From the human T2T-CHM13v2.0 reference genome, Homo sapiens, in NCBI RefSeq assembly GCF_009914755.1, contig NC_060930.1: 64,000 nt of DNA. The stretch is one strand, 5' to 3'. Both the position numbers and the translations under genes were made by a program. The notes under the pieces are model-generated. The model was not told where the DNA came from, made no database searches, and saw only the letters and a program-made list of their open reading frames with translations. Each line of letters starts with the position of its first letter. The stretch's first letter is position 1. Positions 29,804-42,277 of the stretch are shown piece by piece.

Positions 29804-30499
29804 TGAGGTGGGAAATTAAAGAAATAAGGAAAAATAAAATTAAAAAGAGAAAGAAATAAGCTTTCCTGTATTAGGCTGACTGGTCCCAGAGGCAGCAACA
29901 GGCACAGCCCAGACCCAGGAAAAGGCTTGATAAACACTATCTAAGAAGCTAGGACACAAAGGAATGTGCTCTGGAGACTCTCCCAGCACTCCTTCAACAT
30001 ATGGAGATGAAAAACAAATTTTCCTTTGCTTTATGGTATTAGTTTATAGATTCTTGTTTTCTGTAACTGGTAACTTCAAGTATTCTGTTTTATCTAAGAA
30101 GTACAGTGAAGGTCATGAGAAGCCTGAGCAGGCCTGAACTACAGCTGTCTGGGCACCATAGTGAAGTTATGAGATAAACCAGTGCAAGACTCTTTAGAGC
30201 AAAACCTGGATAACAGACAAATGGGTTGCTTGGCAATGGTCATGAGTAATCCGGAGTTATGAACCTGTCACAATTTAATTAATTGTTCTGCCTCTGTATC
30301 CTTGCTTTTGCACCACTGTAACTGAAAGCCTGCTTCAAGGTAGTCCACCCCTTTGTGAAGCGTGTATGAAAGTCAAATGCTGTCTTTGTTCTGGACCCAG
30401 TCTTTGGATGTTGAGTCTGCTGGGTCTGAGTGCACTCAATAAAGATATCCTCCTGTATACACCCCAAGGTCTCTCTCTGGTCCTCCTGATTCCACAATA
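29804..30499 (+). mobile_element. ERV1-class solo LTR (LTR15-like)
   Basis: tgaggtgggaaattaaag...ctttcctgtattaggctgactggtcccagaggcagc...aataaagatatcc...gattccacaa; subfamily from memory only. Confidence 0.75.
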
Positions 30500-30849
30500 T
30501 TTCACTTATTTAATTATGATTACCATAATACCAAAATCAGAAAAATTATAAAAGAAAACACAGATGTAAAAATTGATACATACATAGATGCAAAATTTTA
30601 AAACCAGAAAAGCTTTAGCAAAATATTAGCTAATTGAAATCAGAAATATTGGTTTAATATTGGAACATCTATTGCTGTATTTCACCATTATACTAGAGAT
30701 TCTAGCATGTGCATTAGAGCAAGGGAAAAATATGTAAATTAAGAGTAAAGCTGCAAAACACTATTTGCATTTGACATTATTGATTTGGTAGGAAATTATA
30801 AGGAATCTACAAAAAATGTTATTAATATTTAAAGAACATAGTGGGTTCA

Positions 30850-31244
<395 letters not shown>

Positions 31245-32612
31245 TTACAATTTACATTAGCATCCAATACAGAAAATACTTGGAGACACATTTAATGTAA
31301 TATTTGTAAAAGCTCTAAAGTGAAAACTGTGATACATATCTGAGAAAAGTGAAAGAAAACATGAGATGGAGTGATGTATCATATTCATTGACTGTAAGAC
31401 TCATTGTAAGATGTCACAAATCTATAAATTAAATGAAGTTTGGATCAGAGTCCTGGGAGGCTTTTTTTGTAGATTGTCAAGCTGATTCTAAAATGTATGT
31501 AGACATTCAAAGAACCTAGGAGCGCCAAAATGCTTGCACAGGAAGAACAGATTTGAAGGTCTTTTACCGTGTGATTTCAAGCCTTAGTATAAAGTTACAA
31601 GTACTGGGTGATATCGCTGTGAGGGCAGACATAAAAATAAATGAAACAGCATAGAGATTCCAGAAATCGGGCCATGGATATTTGTTGAGCTGACTTTCAA
31701 AAAAGGTGTCAAGTCAATTCAATGGGGGAAAATAAAATCTTTTCAACAAATGTTGCTGGGACAAGTGGACATGGAAGAAAAGAAAAGTTTAAAGTCATGA
31801 CATATACGACATTACTTAAATTAATTCAGAAAAATATCTATGAATTAAGTGTTAAGCTGTAAAATGTCTAAAAATTATTTTTGTGAGTTTTGAATAGGCA
31901 AAGATTTCTTACACAATTATTATAAATGTGAAAAATAAAAGAAAAAAACAAATTGAACTTTGTCAAACTTGCATGGAAATTATACTTGTCTAAAGGTGAT
32001 TTAAAAAATTAATCCAGTGATAGTACTGCAAATTATGAGAGAAAAAGAAATACATAATGTGACTGAAAATACCCTAATAGAGAAATGATGAAGTTTCCCT
32101 GTGAGAATATCTGAAAGAAAACATAAACTGCAAAGACAATTACCCAGTTGAAAAAATAAAATAAAACGAGATTGGAGGCAGAAATTTAAAACAGCTTTTA
32201 AAAATGCATGAGACAAAAAATGTGGAACAAGGGTTTAGCCCTAGCAATAATTTTGAACTATATTTTTTAAAAACAAAGCAAAACAAAACTTGTATATCTG
32301 AATAATTTGTGTAACAGACCCATCAAGAAATGTTTCTTGTGGAAAAGCAAGGCGTGTTCTTATTAAGAACTTTCCCTAAAGCAATACTTTGAACAAAGCA
32401 AACTTTCTCTACACAAAATGGGTGAGTTCTACAGCTGATGAATCATTTTTAGTTCAGCATTATGCTTATAACTCAAAATCTGTTACTATTCATGGCCCAT
32501 GGACTCATGCATGACTCTCTTAGAGGGGAAGCTACAAATTTTGATTAACAAAAATAACAGGAGAGTTTTGCCACAATTTCTCTGTAAGTTACTAAAGCAC
32601 TATTAAACCTAC

Positions 32613-32689
32613 TTGATAGAATGTGCAACGGACAAATGCACAAGTGAGGGAGGAAGCCAGTTCCTACTCTAGATTTCTTTTGGTGTACA
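32613..32689 (-). pseudogene. Pseudo-exon 8
   Basis: Acceptor ccatgtttcag, donor CAA|gtaggt; 77 nt, phase 0 to 2: CTPKEI*SRNWLPPSLVHLSVAHSI, then AA+G = K into exon 9. Confidence 0.6.
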
Positions 32690-32981
32690 CTGAAACATGG
32701 TAATAGCATGGTTTCTAAGGATATGGTGGTGGTTGGCAATTGGCAGACATGGCAACTAGTTTATACTCTCAAATAGACATTCATTCTTTGAGCGTGTACA
32801 AAATCTGTTTTCCCAGCTTGTCTCTTTCTCTAGAATGCAGGGCCTTGTCTAAGTACAATAATGTGCTTCAAAGAGGCCTTGCTTCATAGCAAAGGCACAA
32901 TCTCAGCAGGACCAGGGTATGTATCAAAATAGGACACATGTGCTATCTGGTATTATTCATGTAATTTTCAGGAGGTTTTAC

Positions 32982-33648
32982 CTGACGGTATATATTAGGT
33001 TGCCATGCAAATTATTACCTCCAAACCTGATTAAGGCACCCATCATACAGTCAAATCATTGCCTTATATCAAACACTATCTGCTGATTTTTACAGAGGAG
33101 TCCTTTTTCTATCAATGAATCTTCTCAAGTCCTAAGAGGAAACCCCTCCTCTGTTTCTTGCATCAGTAGATTGTTCAGCCTTTACCCAAGAAATCTAACT
33201 GTTCCCTACGTTTTTTTGTCATTTCACTTACTATGACTGCAGACTTCTGAGTTCTGGTCATCTTGGAGTTTCTTCAATTTTTTATGCCATCGGCAACACA
33301 ATGGTGTGCTCTGTGTGTTCAATTCTAAGACTGCATATAGCCATTGGAATATACTTAGTGAGATCTGCTAGATTATAATACAGTCATAATTAGGTTCACG
33401 TATTTGGGGAATAAGAAATATCTTCGACATGAACAGGGTACTGGTTAGTTCTGTACCAATGTAATTCTACGTGGGTTGTCAGATCTAGGACAAATATAAT
33501 TTATTGGCTGTTCTCTTCTTTTGACACCAGCCACTGGAGGTCGTTCTCTACCTCTAGCCTCAGAAGCTTATGTTCTTTTCAAAAAAAAAAAAAATCCAGA
33601 ATCTGAATCCCATTGCTACAGAAACTGATTTGTCAATGCATTCTGAAA
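32982..33648 (-). pseudogene. Pseudo-exon 7 (ricin-B-like repeats)
   Basis: Strong acceptor tttcctttgtcccttttgcacag, donor CAG|gtaaaa; frame-hopping reading FQNALTNQFL*QW..LVSKEEN..S*I*QPT*NYIGTE..II*QIS..AVIVSEMTKKRREQL..EKGLLCKNQQIVFDIR..LYDGCLNQVW. Confidence 0.68.
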
Positions 33649-33857
33649 CTGTGCAAAAGGGACAAAGGAAATACAAAATACAACTCCCACTCTATGTTTC
33701 TGTATTTCTTTTTTATTCCCCTCAGAATTGAATTTGCAGGATTTACTGGCTGGATGCCAGTCCCATCCTAAGGCACTTAAAAATGCTCGTGACCATGCTG
33801 TTCATTCATTATGCGAATACAAAAACTGTGCAAAAAAAAGCCTGGAACTCAGCTCAC

Positions 33858-34023
33858 GGATAATTGCTTCTTTATTTTCCTGAACGCTTCTTTGCTAGAA
33901 TAGCCAAATTTAACATCCTGGTTTCTCTTTAGCTGGTTACAATCTAACTGTTCCCTGAACAGTGTCTTTCTAGCTGTACCCAGGAAATGTAGACTTTGCC
34001 ACTTCAACTCCATTGGACTAGCA
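33858..34023 (-). pseudogene. Pseudo-exon 6 (open frame)
   Basis: Acceptor ttcttgcatggcag, donor TCC|gtgagc; 166 nt = 1 nt + 55 codons, no stop: ASPMELKWQSLHFLGTARKTLFREQLDCNQLKRNQDVKFGYSSKEAFRKIKKQLS. Confidence 0.7.
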
Positions 34024-34100
34024 CTGCCATGCAAGAATAGTTTAATTTTAATAATTTCTTTTGATTATTTTGATGCTTTCCTTATGAAACCAAATATTTC

Positions 34101-34348
34101 TTTTTTTATTATATACTTTAAGTTCTAGGGTACATGTGCACAACGTGCAGGTTTGATACATAGGTATACATGTACCATGTTGGTTTGCTGCACCCATTAG
34201 CTCATCATTTACATTAGGTATTTCTCCTAATGCTATTCCTCCCCTTGCCCCTCATCCCCCAACAGGCCCTGAGTGTGATGTTCCCTGCCCTGTGTCCAAG
34301 TGTTCTCAGTGTTCAATTCTCACCTATGAGTGAGAACATGCGGTGTTT
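34101..34348 (-). mobile_element. 5'-truncated L1PA (about PA6) 3' end
   Basis: L1PA 3'UTR antisense; TSD aaaccaaatatttct (34087-34101) / aaagcaaatatttct (34350-34364). Confidence 0.92.
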
Positions 34349-34859
34349 AAAAGCAAATATTTCTATTAGAGGTCTATCACTTTCTGTAGAATTGATGAAT
34401 CTTCATAGAAAATGTATTTTTAAAGAAAAATCTGTTAAGTCGGTTTTCCATTTTGGGTGTATATATATATTTAAAACATTCTTATTTACTTTCCCTATTT
34501 CGTTGATATTTTGCACATAATTATTTCCATCAGGATATTGAAAATTAAAATATAATACTTGACTCTTCTATTAATTTTACTCAATATAACATTTCGACAA
34601 TTTTACATAAGTTATTATGGGTTAGCTGTTCTAGATGTTATTCTGTCAAGGCTCATTGTCCCAGGTAAAAACATTTGCAGATGTATATTTTGTAAAAATA
34701 TTTTATTCTATCATCAGTTTTGAAAAATAAAAACAATTCCAAATGCAATATTAAACCTTTTCATTTGTATTTATTCTTTGGATATGATAATCTCTGTTTT
34801 CTCAGATAACCAGAATGACAACTACATCCTTTATCTTCAAAACGTTGCCATATACCCAC

Positions 34860-35048
34860 CACAATCTGCTGAGTTTTAAGAATGCTCTTTTCCTATACTG
34901 CTCAGTTGCATTTGTATCTTTTTTGACATTTTCAAGCCACATGTTCTTCAAGTAGTTTGTTACGATCATAGTTACTAATTATTGTTGCATCTATATTTTA
35001 GTAATGGATAATGCTATTTGTGATGATGTAGTCCAGCAGTACTTTTCA
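34860..35048 (-). pseudogene. Pseudo-exon 5
   Basis: Acceptor ttattgaattcatag, donor TG|gtgggt; 189 nt, phase 2 to 2 in one frame: EKYCWTTSSQIALSITKI*MQQ*LVTMIVTNYLKNMWLENVKKDTNATEQYRKRAFLKLSRL. Confidence 0.7.
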
Positions 35049-35138
35049 CTATGAATTCAATAAGAAATTATTATTTCTTACATATTACATAAGAACTATT
35101 TTATGTTTTTCTCATAAGATAGAATTTTTTTAACTCAC

Positions 35139-35677
35139 TTATTTTGGTGCCCATTTAAGTCATCAGTATAGATGTGATTATTTTATATACTTTGTTTTAA
35201 TGAGTCATACAACTACCAGCAGAAGAAAGATAAAATTGTTAGTGTCAAACATGGTGACTAAATGTCCTTTGGGTGAAAATATGAATGTTAAAATATTAAT
35301 TGTGATCTGAAGCCATAAAACTTTCTACTAACAACGGAGTTTGTCAATTTATGTGCTTTATTAGGAGTATTTTGAAGCAAAAGGTATGACTCAAAAGACA
35401 TTTTATAGTTTTGGATTTGTTGAAGATGCTATCTTAAAATCTTTTAAATTTATGTGAGAAAGCTATCCACTAGTTTTTATTCAAGAACTCTTCAAGACAA
35501 ACGTTAATTAACATGTTTGAAACTTGTTGAGAACATGATTGGAAAATGCTGTCTCTGAACCAAAGGGCCTTGGGGCATTGGCTCTGTGATAATCCTTCCT
35601 TCTACGAAAAATGGAATGAAACTTGTCACTCTTTTTTCTGATACAAGATGCTGCAAATATCTCTAGACAATTCAACC
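35139..35677 (-). pseudogene. Pseudo-exon 4
   Basis: Acceptor attatctctccag, donor AA|gtgagt; VELSRDICSILYQ..FIPFFVEGRIITEPMPQGPLVQ..LINVCLEEFLNKN..TDDLNGHQN across frameshifts; could be two exons. Confidence 0.6.
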
Positions 35678-36039
35678 CTGGAGAGATAATTTGTACATGT
35701 TTCAATAAAGTAGAGTGAATGAAAATTTATTATTCTTGGTGACATTCTTACAATATATTTGTTCTGACCTGAATAACCATATTTGATACTTTGATGTTTC
35801 TAATTTTTAATAGCAAAAAAACTCAGTGACTTGAATAAGGAAAATGTATTATAATTATATAGCATCATTGTCCATAATGTCTGCCCCAGTGTAAGTGATT
35901 AAAAATAGAATACTTCTTTCCTTTGAAGCTGTCATCATATTCTGCTTCACTAGGTCGGGGAGGAAGATGTCTTTTTATTGGGCACCTTAACTCAATTCTA
36001 AGGATATAAGATGTTTCTTATCTGCTAGTTCTAGTTTTT

Positions 36040-36070
<31 letters not shown>

Positions 36071-36261
36071 ACCTAGACAATCCCTTATTACTCCAATCCT
36101 CTGTTAGAGTTAATTATTTTAAATATAAAATTCTCCCTGTGAAAACTATTTTATGGTTTCACTCTGCTGATAGGACCTTTATTGATAGAGTAGAACATCA
36201 TAATTTATTGAAAGGAAGAACTGCAATCAGTAACAATATTGGATAGCAGGTATTTGATACA

Positions 36262-36670
36262 GAGGTAAGTAGTCTCTAAATATGGCAGCCAACAATTCGT
36301 TCTATCCTGGTTCACTCATGCCCTTCCTCAGGTAACAGATGAGTTTACTTATATTATGCTTTATTTTGGAAGAAATTATGTCTGGATTTGATAGATATAA
36401 TGTGACAGAAGAGTGCACTGTCATGGAACCCAGAAGACATGCCGTTTGGAAGCCAGGCTAGACTATTGAACAATTAAAGACTATATGGAGAGAGACGGAG
36501 AGTGAAAAACCATCTCCCAAACAGTCTTTCAGTCTAGTGGAATTATGTAAAAGACTCCAAGTGAGACCAGCAGAACTTCAAAACTGACCCTGGGAAACTC
36601 AAAGAATCATAATTAATAGTAAGTTACTATACTGGATTGTTTTGTAAAACAGAAACAAATGACTCAAACA
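36262..36670 (+). mobile_element. Old MLT1 (F/G/H-type) LTR
   Basis: atggcagccaacaattc..., tagatataatgtgacagaag, gagaccagcagaac; degenerate. Confidence 0.55.
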
Positions 36671-37555
36671 GTAACCTAGAAATCATGGGTAAATGTGGAT
36701 ATTACTATTCTCAGAGACTTGAACAGGCAGGAACGAGACAACCAGCCTTCTCACAGACCAGACCCTCACCCTTCTTTCTTCAAGAAATATCTGTCTTAGG
36801 CAGGAAATGTGTAAAAGTTTATGTAAACACCCAGAATCCTACAATAATTTCTATTACTCACCTGGTACACCAATAATTAGTTAAAATATACTGCCAGTTT
36901 CCTGTAGGCATGGCAGGTGGCATGCTAATCTGCTGGTTATAAAATTAAACAAGATACACAGATAAACTGAATAGGGTTGAATTAGGGGCTTTGGAAGACC
37001 TCAGTAAGGATGCTCCCACCATGGCAATACAGCTCATTAAGAGATTAAGTGCCCAAGGCTGGTTATAATGAGTAGTGAAACAGCAAGAACACAATGTCCC
37101 AATTTGTAAATGTAATGGTGCTGTGTCTATGGAAAACCTTTAATATTTTAGAAAGTTAATGAAAGAAATCCCTATGCTATATCCATCACCTTGATTCACT
37201 TATTAAATGCCCGAGATGGTTCATATCTCACTGAAATTGAAATAGATTTGTTTTCTTAAATACACCTTCCTGGCACCTTTTAAAGAAGGCAAAGCTAAAG
37301 CTGAGAAAGTTCACAGGAATTGGGTAATGAAGAATTTGCTCACTTAGCGTGACAGTCACATAGTCTAGATGGAGACAAGTGTCTGCTCAGGAGTCATTAG
37401 TTTAGGAACTCCAGGCATCAGTTCTTGATTGGCACATGTGATCACTTCTGCTTACAACAGCAGCTATAGTGGAGTAGCCTGCAGGGGCCACAACAGCCAC
37501 ATTGGTGATTACTCCTCCTAAAGCAAGATGCCAAAGGGAAGAAAATAAAAGAGGT

Positions 37556-37990
37556 TGCGATGTGTTCAATTGTGTCCCTAAGAACAAGATATGTTCTAGT
37601 CGTAACCCTAAGTACCTCAAAATGTGAACACACTTGGAAATAAGATCTTTGCAGATGCAATGAGTTAAATTAGAATGAGGTCATGTTGAAGTAGGCTAGT
37701 GTCCTAATCCTAGAAGCCTGGTGTCTTTAAAGAAGGCAGAGACACAGGCTCTGTGAAGACTGAGGATTGGAGTGATGACTCTACAAATTGTGGAATGTCA
37801 AATAGTGCCAGCCAACTACCAGAAGCCAGGTAGAGCCAGGAAAAGATTCCCTTATGTTTCAGTGTGAGCATGGCCCTGCAGATACTTTGATTTCGGACTT
37901 CTAGTATCCTGAACTGCTAGACAATAAATTTTTTTTTAAGCCACCTAGTTTGTATTACTTGGTTACAGCAGCCCTAGGGAACTTAATACA
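37556..37990 (+). mobile_element. MLT1C-like MaLR solo LTR
   Basis: TG..CA termini, TSD gaggt/aaggt; ttggaaataagatctttgcagatg, gcatggccctgc, aagccacctagtttg. Confidence 0.85.
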
Positions 37991-38050
37991 AAGGTCAATC
38001 TCTGCCTGTACAACATAAACAAGAATAATTACAATCCCCAGGCCCCCAAT

Positions 38051-38051
<1 letters not shown>

Positions 38052-38086
<35 letters not shown>
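38052..38086. repeat. (CA)n microsatellite
   Basis: About 17 CA units. Confidence 0.95.
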
Positions 38087-38088
<2 letters not shown>

Positions 38089-39259
38089 CCTACAGAACAA
38101 GAACAGTAGCAACAACAACAAAAATGAAATGCACCTTCTTTTGATTTATCCTCATGTCTATTCCTCGAGAACAATCACATAAAAATATTTTCACAGAATC
38201 TGTAACTCTATGTCCAAGTCCAAATGACCCTAAGAAACATTAATGTACCAAAAATTGAGGAGCTTTTGAAAGTAGTGATTATATAAATAATAAAGAATCT
38301 TGAGGAGAAAGAAGTTGAAGCTACAGAATTTTATCAAGTGTCCAGGTTAGACATAAAGAACTAAGGCAATGAAGCTTTCCCCATTCCTTCAACTCCTACT
38401 GATAATTTGTTTTTTATAATTCTAGGGAAAGGATTCTTAAAAGGACAAAAAGAAGCAGTTCAGGAACTTCATTATAAATCATAATCATGAAATTATAATG
38501 CAATATTTTAAGGAAGATATATAATGTTTTAATTCTAATATGGAAATCACAGGGGTAGGTTATATACAATGCCAATAATCATCCCAATTATGGTCTCAGT
38601 TTGGCTGGTACAAAAGTCAGATGGGTTCTGGCAATTATTTGTAGAATATAAATAGAATTATTTATAAATTTTAAAAAAGGTTGCAGCAATTAGATGAAAA
38701 CTGTGACCACATTTCTACATTGAAAGATGATTTTTAATTTCTGATTGGTATGCAGCCATTGATTTGGCTTATGTGATCTTACGAGTCACTGTTAATGCTG
38801 GATATCAAGAGCAATTTGTTTTTCTCTTTTATGGCCAGAAGTTTGATTTAGTGTTTTCCGAGCCACCTGGATATTTAAATTATCTGGCATGATATCATAA
38901 TCCACTAAGATGAGCTTTAAACAGATGGCCTCAACCTAACTCAAATGCTAAAGTTGCTCATTACATTGGTGCCGTATTAACCGCAGTAATTATGAAAAAA
39001 TTGTGTGATGCTCTGTCTTTATTGATTTTATTGCAAAAAAGGGTGTGTTATTACATAGAAAATCATATACATGGCTTCCCAGACAGTATAGTCCCAGTTA
39101 TCAGGGACAAATATGCTCAAGACTAGACAGAAACTATTATCCTTGAGCCCCCTAAATACCAAAACTAATACTTAGAAAGAAACTTTCTAATATATTTTTA
39201 GGAGCAGCATTTATCACATCTAGTATGATCATGCCTCTTAATATGGTTGCTTTAAAATT

Positions 39260-39538
39260 TTTAAAAAAAATTTTTAGATATTATCTCATTCTATCACCGA
39301 GGCTGGTCTGAAGTGGTGCAATCATGGCTCACTGAAGCCACAACCTCCTAGACTTAAGCGATCCTCCCACCTCAGCCTCCTGAGTAGCTGGGACTAAAGG
39401 CACATGCCACCATACCCAGCTAATTATTTAAATTTTTTATAGAGCTGGCGTCTTCCTATGTTGCCCAGGCTAGTCTTGAACTCCTGGGAACAAGCGATCC
39501 TCTCGTCTCGGCCTCCCAAAGAGCTGGGATTACAGGCC
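39260..39538 (-). mobile_element. AluJ
   Basis: atcatggctcactgaagcc, taagcgatcctcccacctcagcc, ttcctatgttgcccaggct are J-type features. Confidence 0.9.
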
Positions 39539-39624
39539 TTTTTATAAGATTAATAAAATGTGTCAAAAGCATTTCAGTTATGAGCTATGTGGGGTTTTAA
39601 GATAACAAGATGCCTCCCAACTTT

Positions 39625-39925
39625 TGTGTTCACTTACTCATGTATTCAACAAGTATAAGCACTTACTTAATGCAAGTGCTGGTCTAGAAACCAGGATCAT
39701 AATAATGAACAATTAAAAAGATATCCTCAAGGAGGTTATATTCCATTTGAAGACAGACAATACATTTTTAAAAGTATAAATGCATTACATATCATAGGAT
39801 AATGAACACCAAAGATAAAAATAAAGCAAGAGACAGAATTAGGATGTAATAAGAAAGATACATTGCTTACTAATAGAGAATTGTCAGGAATGGTTGCACT
39901 TACAAGTGGTATTTAAGTAGAGATA
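39625..39925 (-). mobile_element. L2 3' fragment
   Basis: cacttactcatgtattcaacaagtat..gcacttact..gtgctggtctag..tcctcaaggaggttatattc. Confidence 0.6.
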
Positions 39926-41256
39926 CCACAGTGGCCAGAAAGGCTACGATGGAATGGAATGAATGGGGTGGCCAGAAAATGAAAACTTCAATATGAATAG
40001 ATGTGGAACACGCAGGATAGGACAAAGCGTGGATCCACAACTTGCCATTACTTCCCTTGATATTGGCTAGTCTCCCAGTACAGCACTGGCAGGGATCATT
40101 ATTGCTACCTCTTGATATCCTAGGAACTTTGTAGTCATCCTCAGAAATGTTGCCAAGCTCATGGATTGCTTTGCTAATATTGCTTCCCAGATCTTTGCAA
40201 ATGACGAATCAGCCTTGTAGGGGAACAAAGAATTGAAAATCATTTTCATAGCATGTATACACATCCTAAAGTGTTAAAATTATTGAAACATATCCCTAGT
40301 CAGGAGCCAATGGATTGTACTATTGTTCTGGTCATTGGCCTTTCAAAAACTGGAATTATCTATCTAAATCTCTGTGAACAGCTCCTTCTAGGCTCACTTG
40401 GCTGACATGTGCGACGAAGTTGAAACCCTTGGTTCCTATGTAGATTTTGTGGGTGAAATTTCATATTAAATCAACACTTGATGCTCTGACAAAGCCAAAA
40501 GCTTTTTATGAACAGTCAGATCCACAGATACAGTCCAAAGAATGCATAAGTGGGTTGCCCATGGATGAAGAACTGCTATTCAGTATCTATAAAACCCAAT
40601 TTAGAAGTTTCTGCATGTATCAAAAAAACAGTTTCAAGGTACCAAAGATGGCAACAGAACTGATTGTCTTCTATGGGTCTATAGTTGGTTTAGTGCCTGG
40701 GACCCATGTCTTTATAGGGGCATTTTAGGAAAGGTATTAATATTACATAAATATATACAATAATCTGGTTGATTTTCTTATTTATAATTTAGATATTTAT
40801 TTTCAGACAGCTTGCTGCTACTTCTCAAAGTATAAATAAGCATGTGAGGTGTTGCATAAACATTAAATACCTTAATTTCACCATGCCATAATATACACAT
40901 ATGTCAAGACGTCATGTCACACATCATAAATATATACAATTTTTGCTGGTAAATTAAAACTATTTTAAATCAACTGTATGGTTTTATTCATGTTCGTGGC
41001 TATTTCTCTTAGACCTAATAAGGCTTTTAGCAAACATTTGTTGAATGCATGGCTAGAACAAAAACATAATTAATGATTGCATTCATTTTCTACTTTTTCT
41101 TTATGTAGTACATTGCTTTGTTTTATTTTCCTGTGACTTCCCTTCATATCTCTTGGCAGAGAAACCTCAAAACTTTGTCTCCGGTAATCATTGTCCTGAA
41201 GTCCAATACTATATTTCTAATAGCCCATTTGACAAATATAATACATTTCTCTATGA

Positions 41257-42277
41257 AATGCAGAAAGCAATTGCAACAAAATCAAAAATTGACAAATGGG
41301 ATCTGATTAAAGAGGTTATGAATAGCAAAAGAAACAATCAACAGAGCCAACTTACAGAATGGGGGAAAATTTTTGCAAACTATGCATCTAACAAAGGTCT
41401 AATATCCAGTATCTATAAGGAACTTAAAGAAATTTACAAGAAAAGACAAACAACTCCATTAAAAAGTAGACAAAGGACATGAACAGATAATTTTCAAAAG
41501 AAGACATGCATGAAGCCAACAGTCATATGAAAAAAAAAGCTCAAGATCACTAATCATTAGAGAAATGCAAATCTCACAGCAGTCAGAATGGCTATTATTA
41601 AAAAGTCAAAAAATAACAGATCCTGTCGATGTTGTGGAGAAAAAGGAATGCTTATACACTTTTGGTGGGAGTGTAACTTAGGTCAACCATTGTGGAAGAC
41701 ACTGTGGCAATTCCTCAGAGACCTAAAGGCAGAAATACCATTCGACCCAGCAATCCCATTACTAGGTATGTACCCAAAGGAATATAAATTGTTCCGTTAT
41801 AAAGACACATGCACTTGTATGTTCATTGCAGTCCTATTCACAATAGCAAAGACACGGAATCAACATAATGCCCATCAGTGATCAGTAGATAAAGAAAATG
41901 GGATACATATAAACCATGAAATATTACCCAGTCATAAAAAAATAATGAGATCACATCCTCTGCAGGGACATGGATGGAGCTGGAGGCCATTATCCTTAGC
42001 AAACTAATGTAGGAAGAGAAACCCAAATACTGCATGTTCTCACTTACAAGTGGGAGCTAAATAATGAAAACACAAGGATACATAGAGGGGAACAACACAC
42101 GCTGGGGTCTGTTGGAAAGTGGAGGGTGGGAGGAGGGAGAGAGTCAGGAAAAATAACTAGTGGGTACTAGGTTTAATATCTGGGTGATGAAATAATCTGT
42201 ACAACAAACCCCCATTACACAAGTTTACCTATATAACAAACCTGCACATGTAACCCTGAACTTAAAGGTTAAAAAAA
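41257..42277 (+). mobile_element. 5'-truncated L1PA13-15-type LINE
   Basis: ORF2 C-terminus ([34 protein letters not shown]); 3'UTR gggtactaggtttaatatctgggtgatgaaataatctgtacaacaaacc. Confidence 0.9.

Larger units (their letters stand above)
38180..40300 (+). mobile_element. Ancient class III (ERV-L-like) retrovirus pro-pol remnant
   Basis: RT motifs VWLVQKSDGFWQLFVEYK (38599) and DWYAAIDLA..QEQFVF..GQKF..PPGYLN..HN..VAHYIGAVL (38743-38979); KLLSLSPP and EQHLSHL; weaker integrase traces at 39930-40290. Confidence 0.8.
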
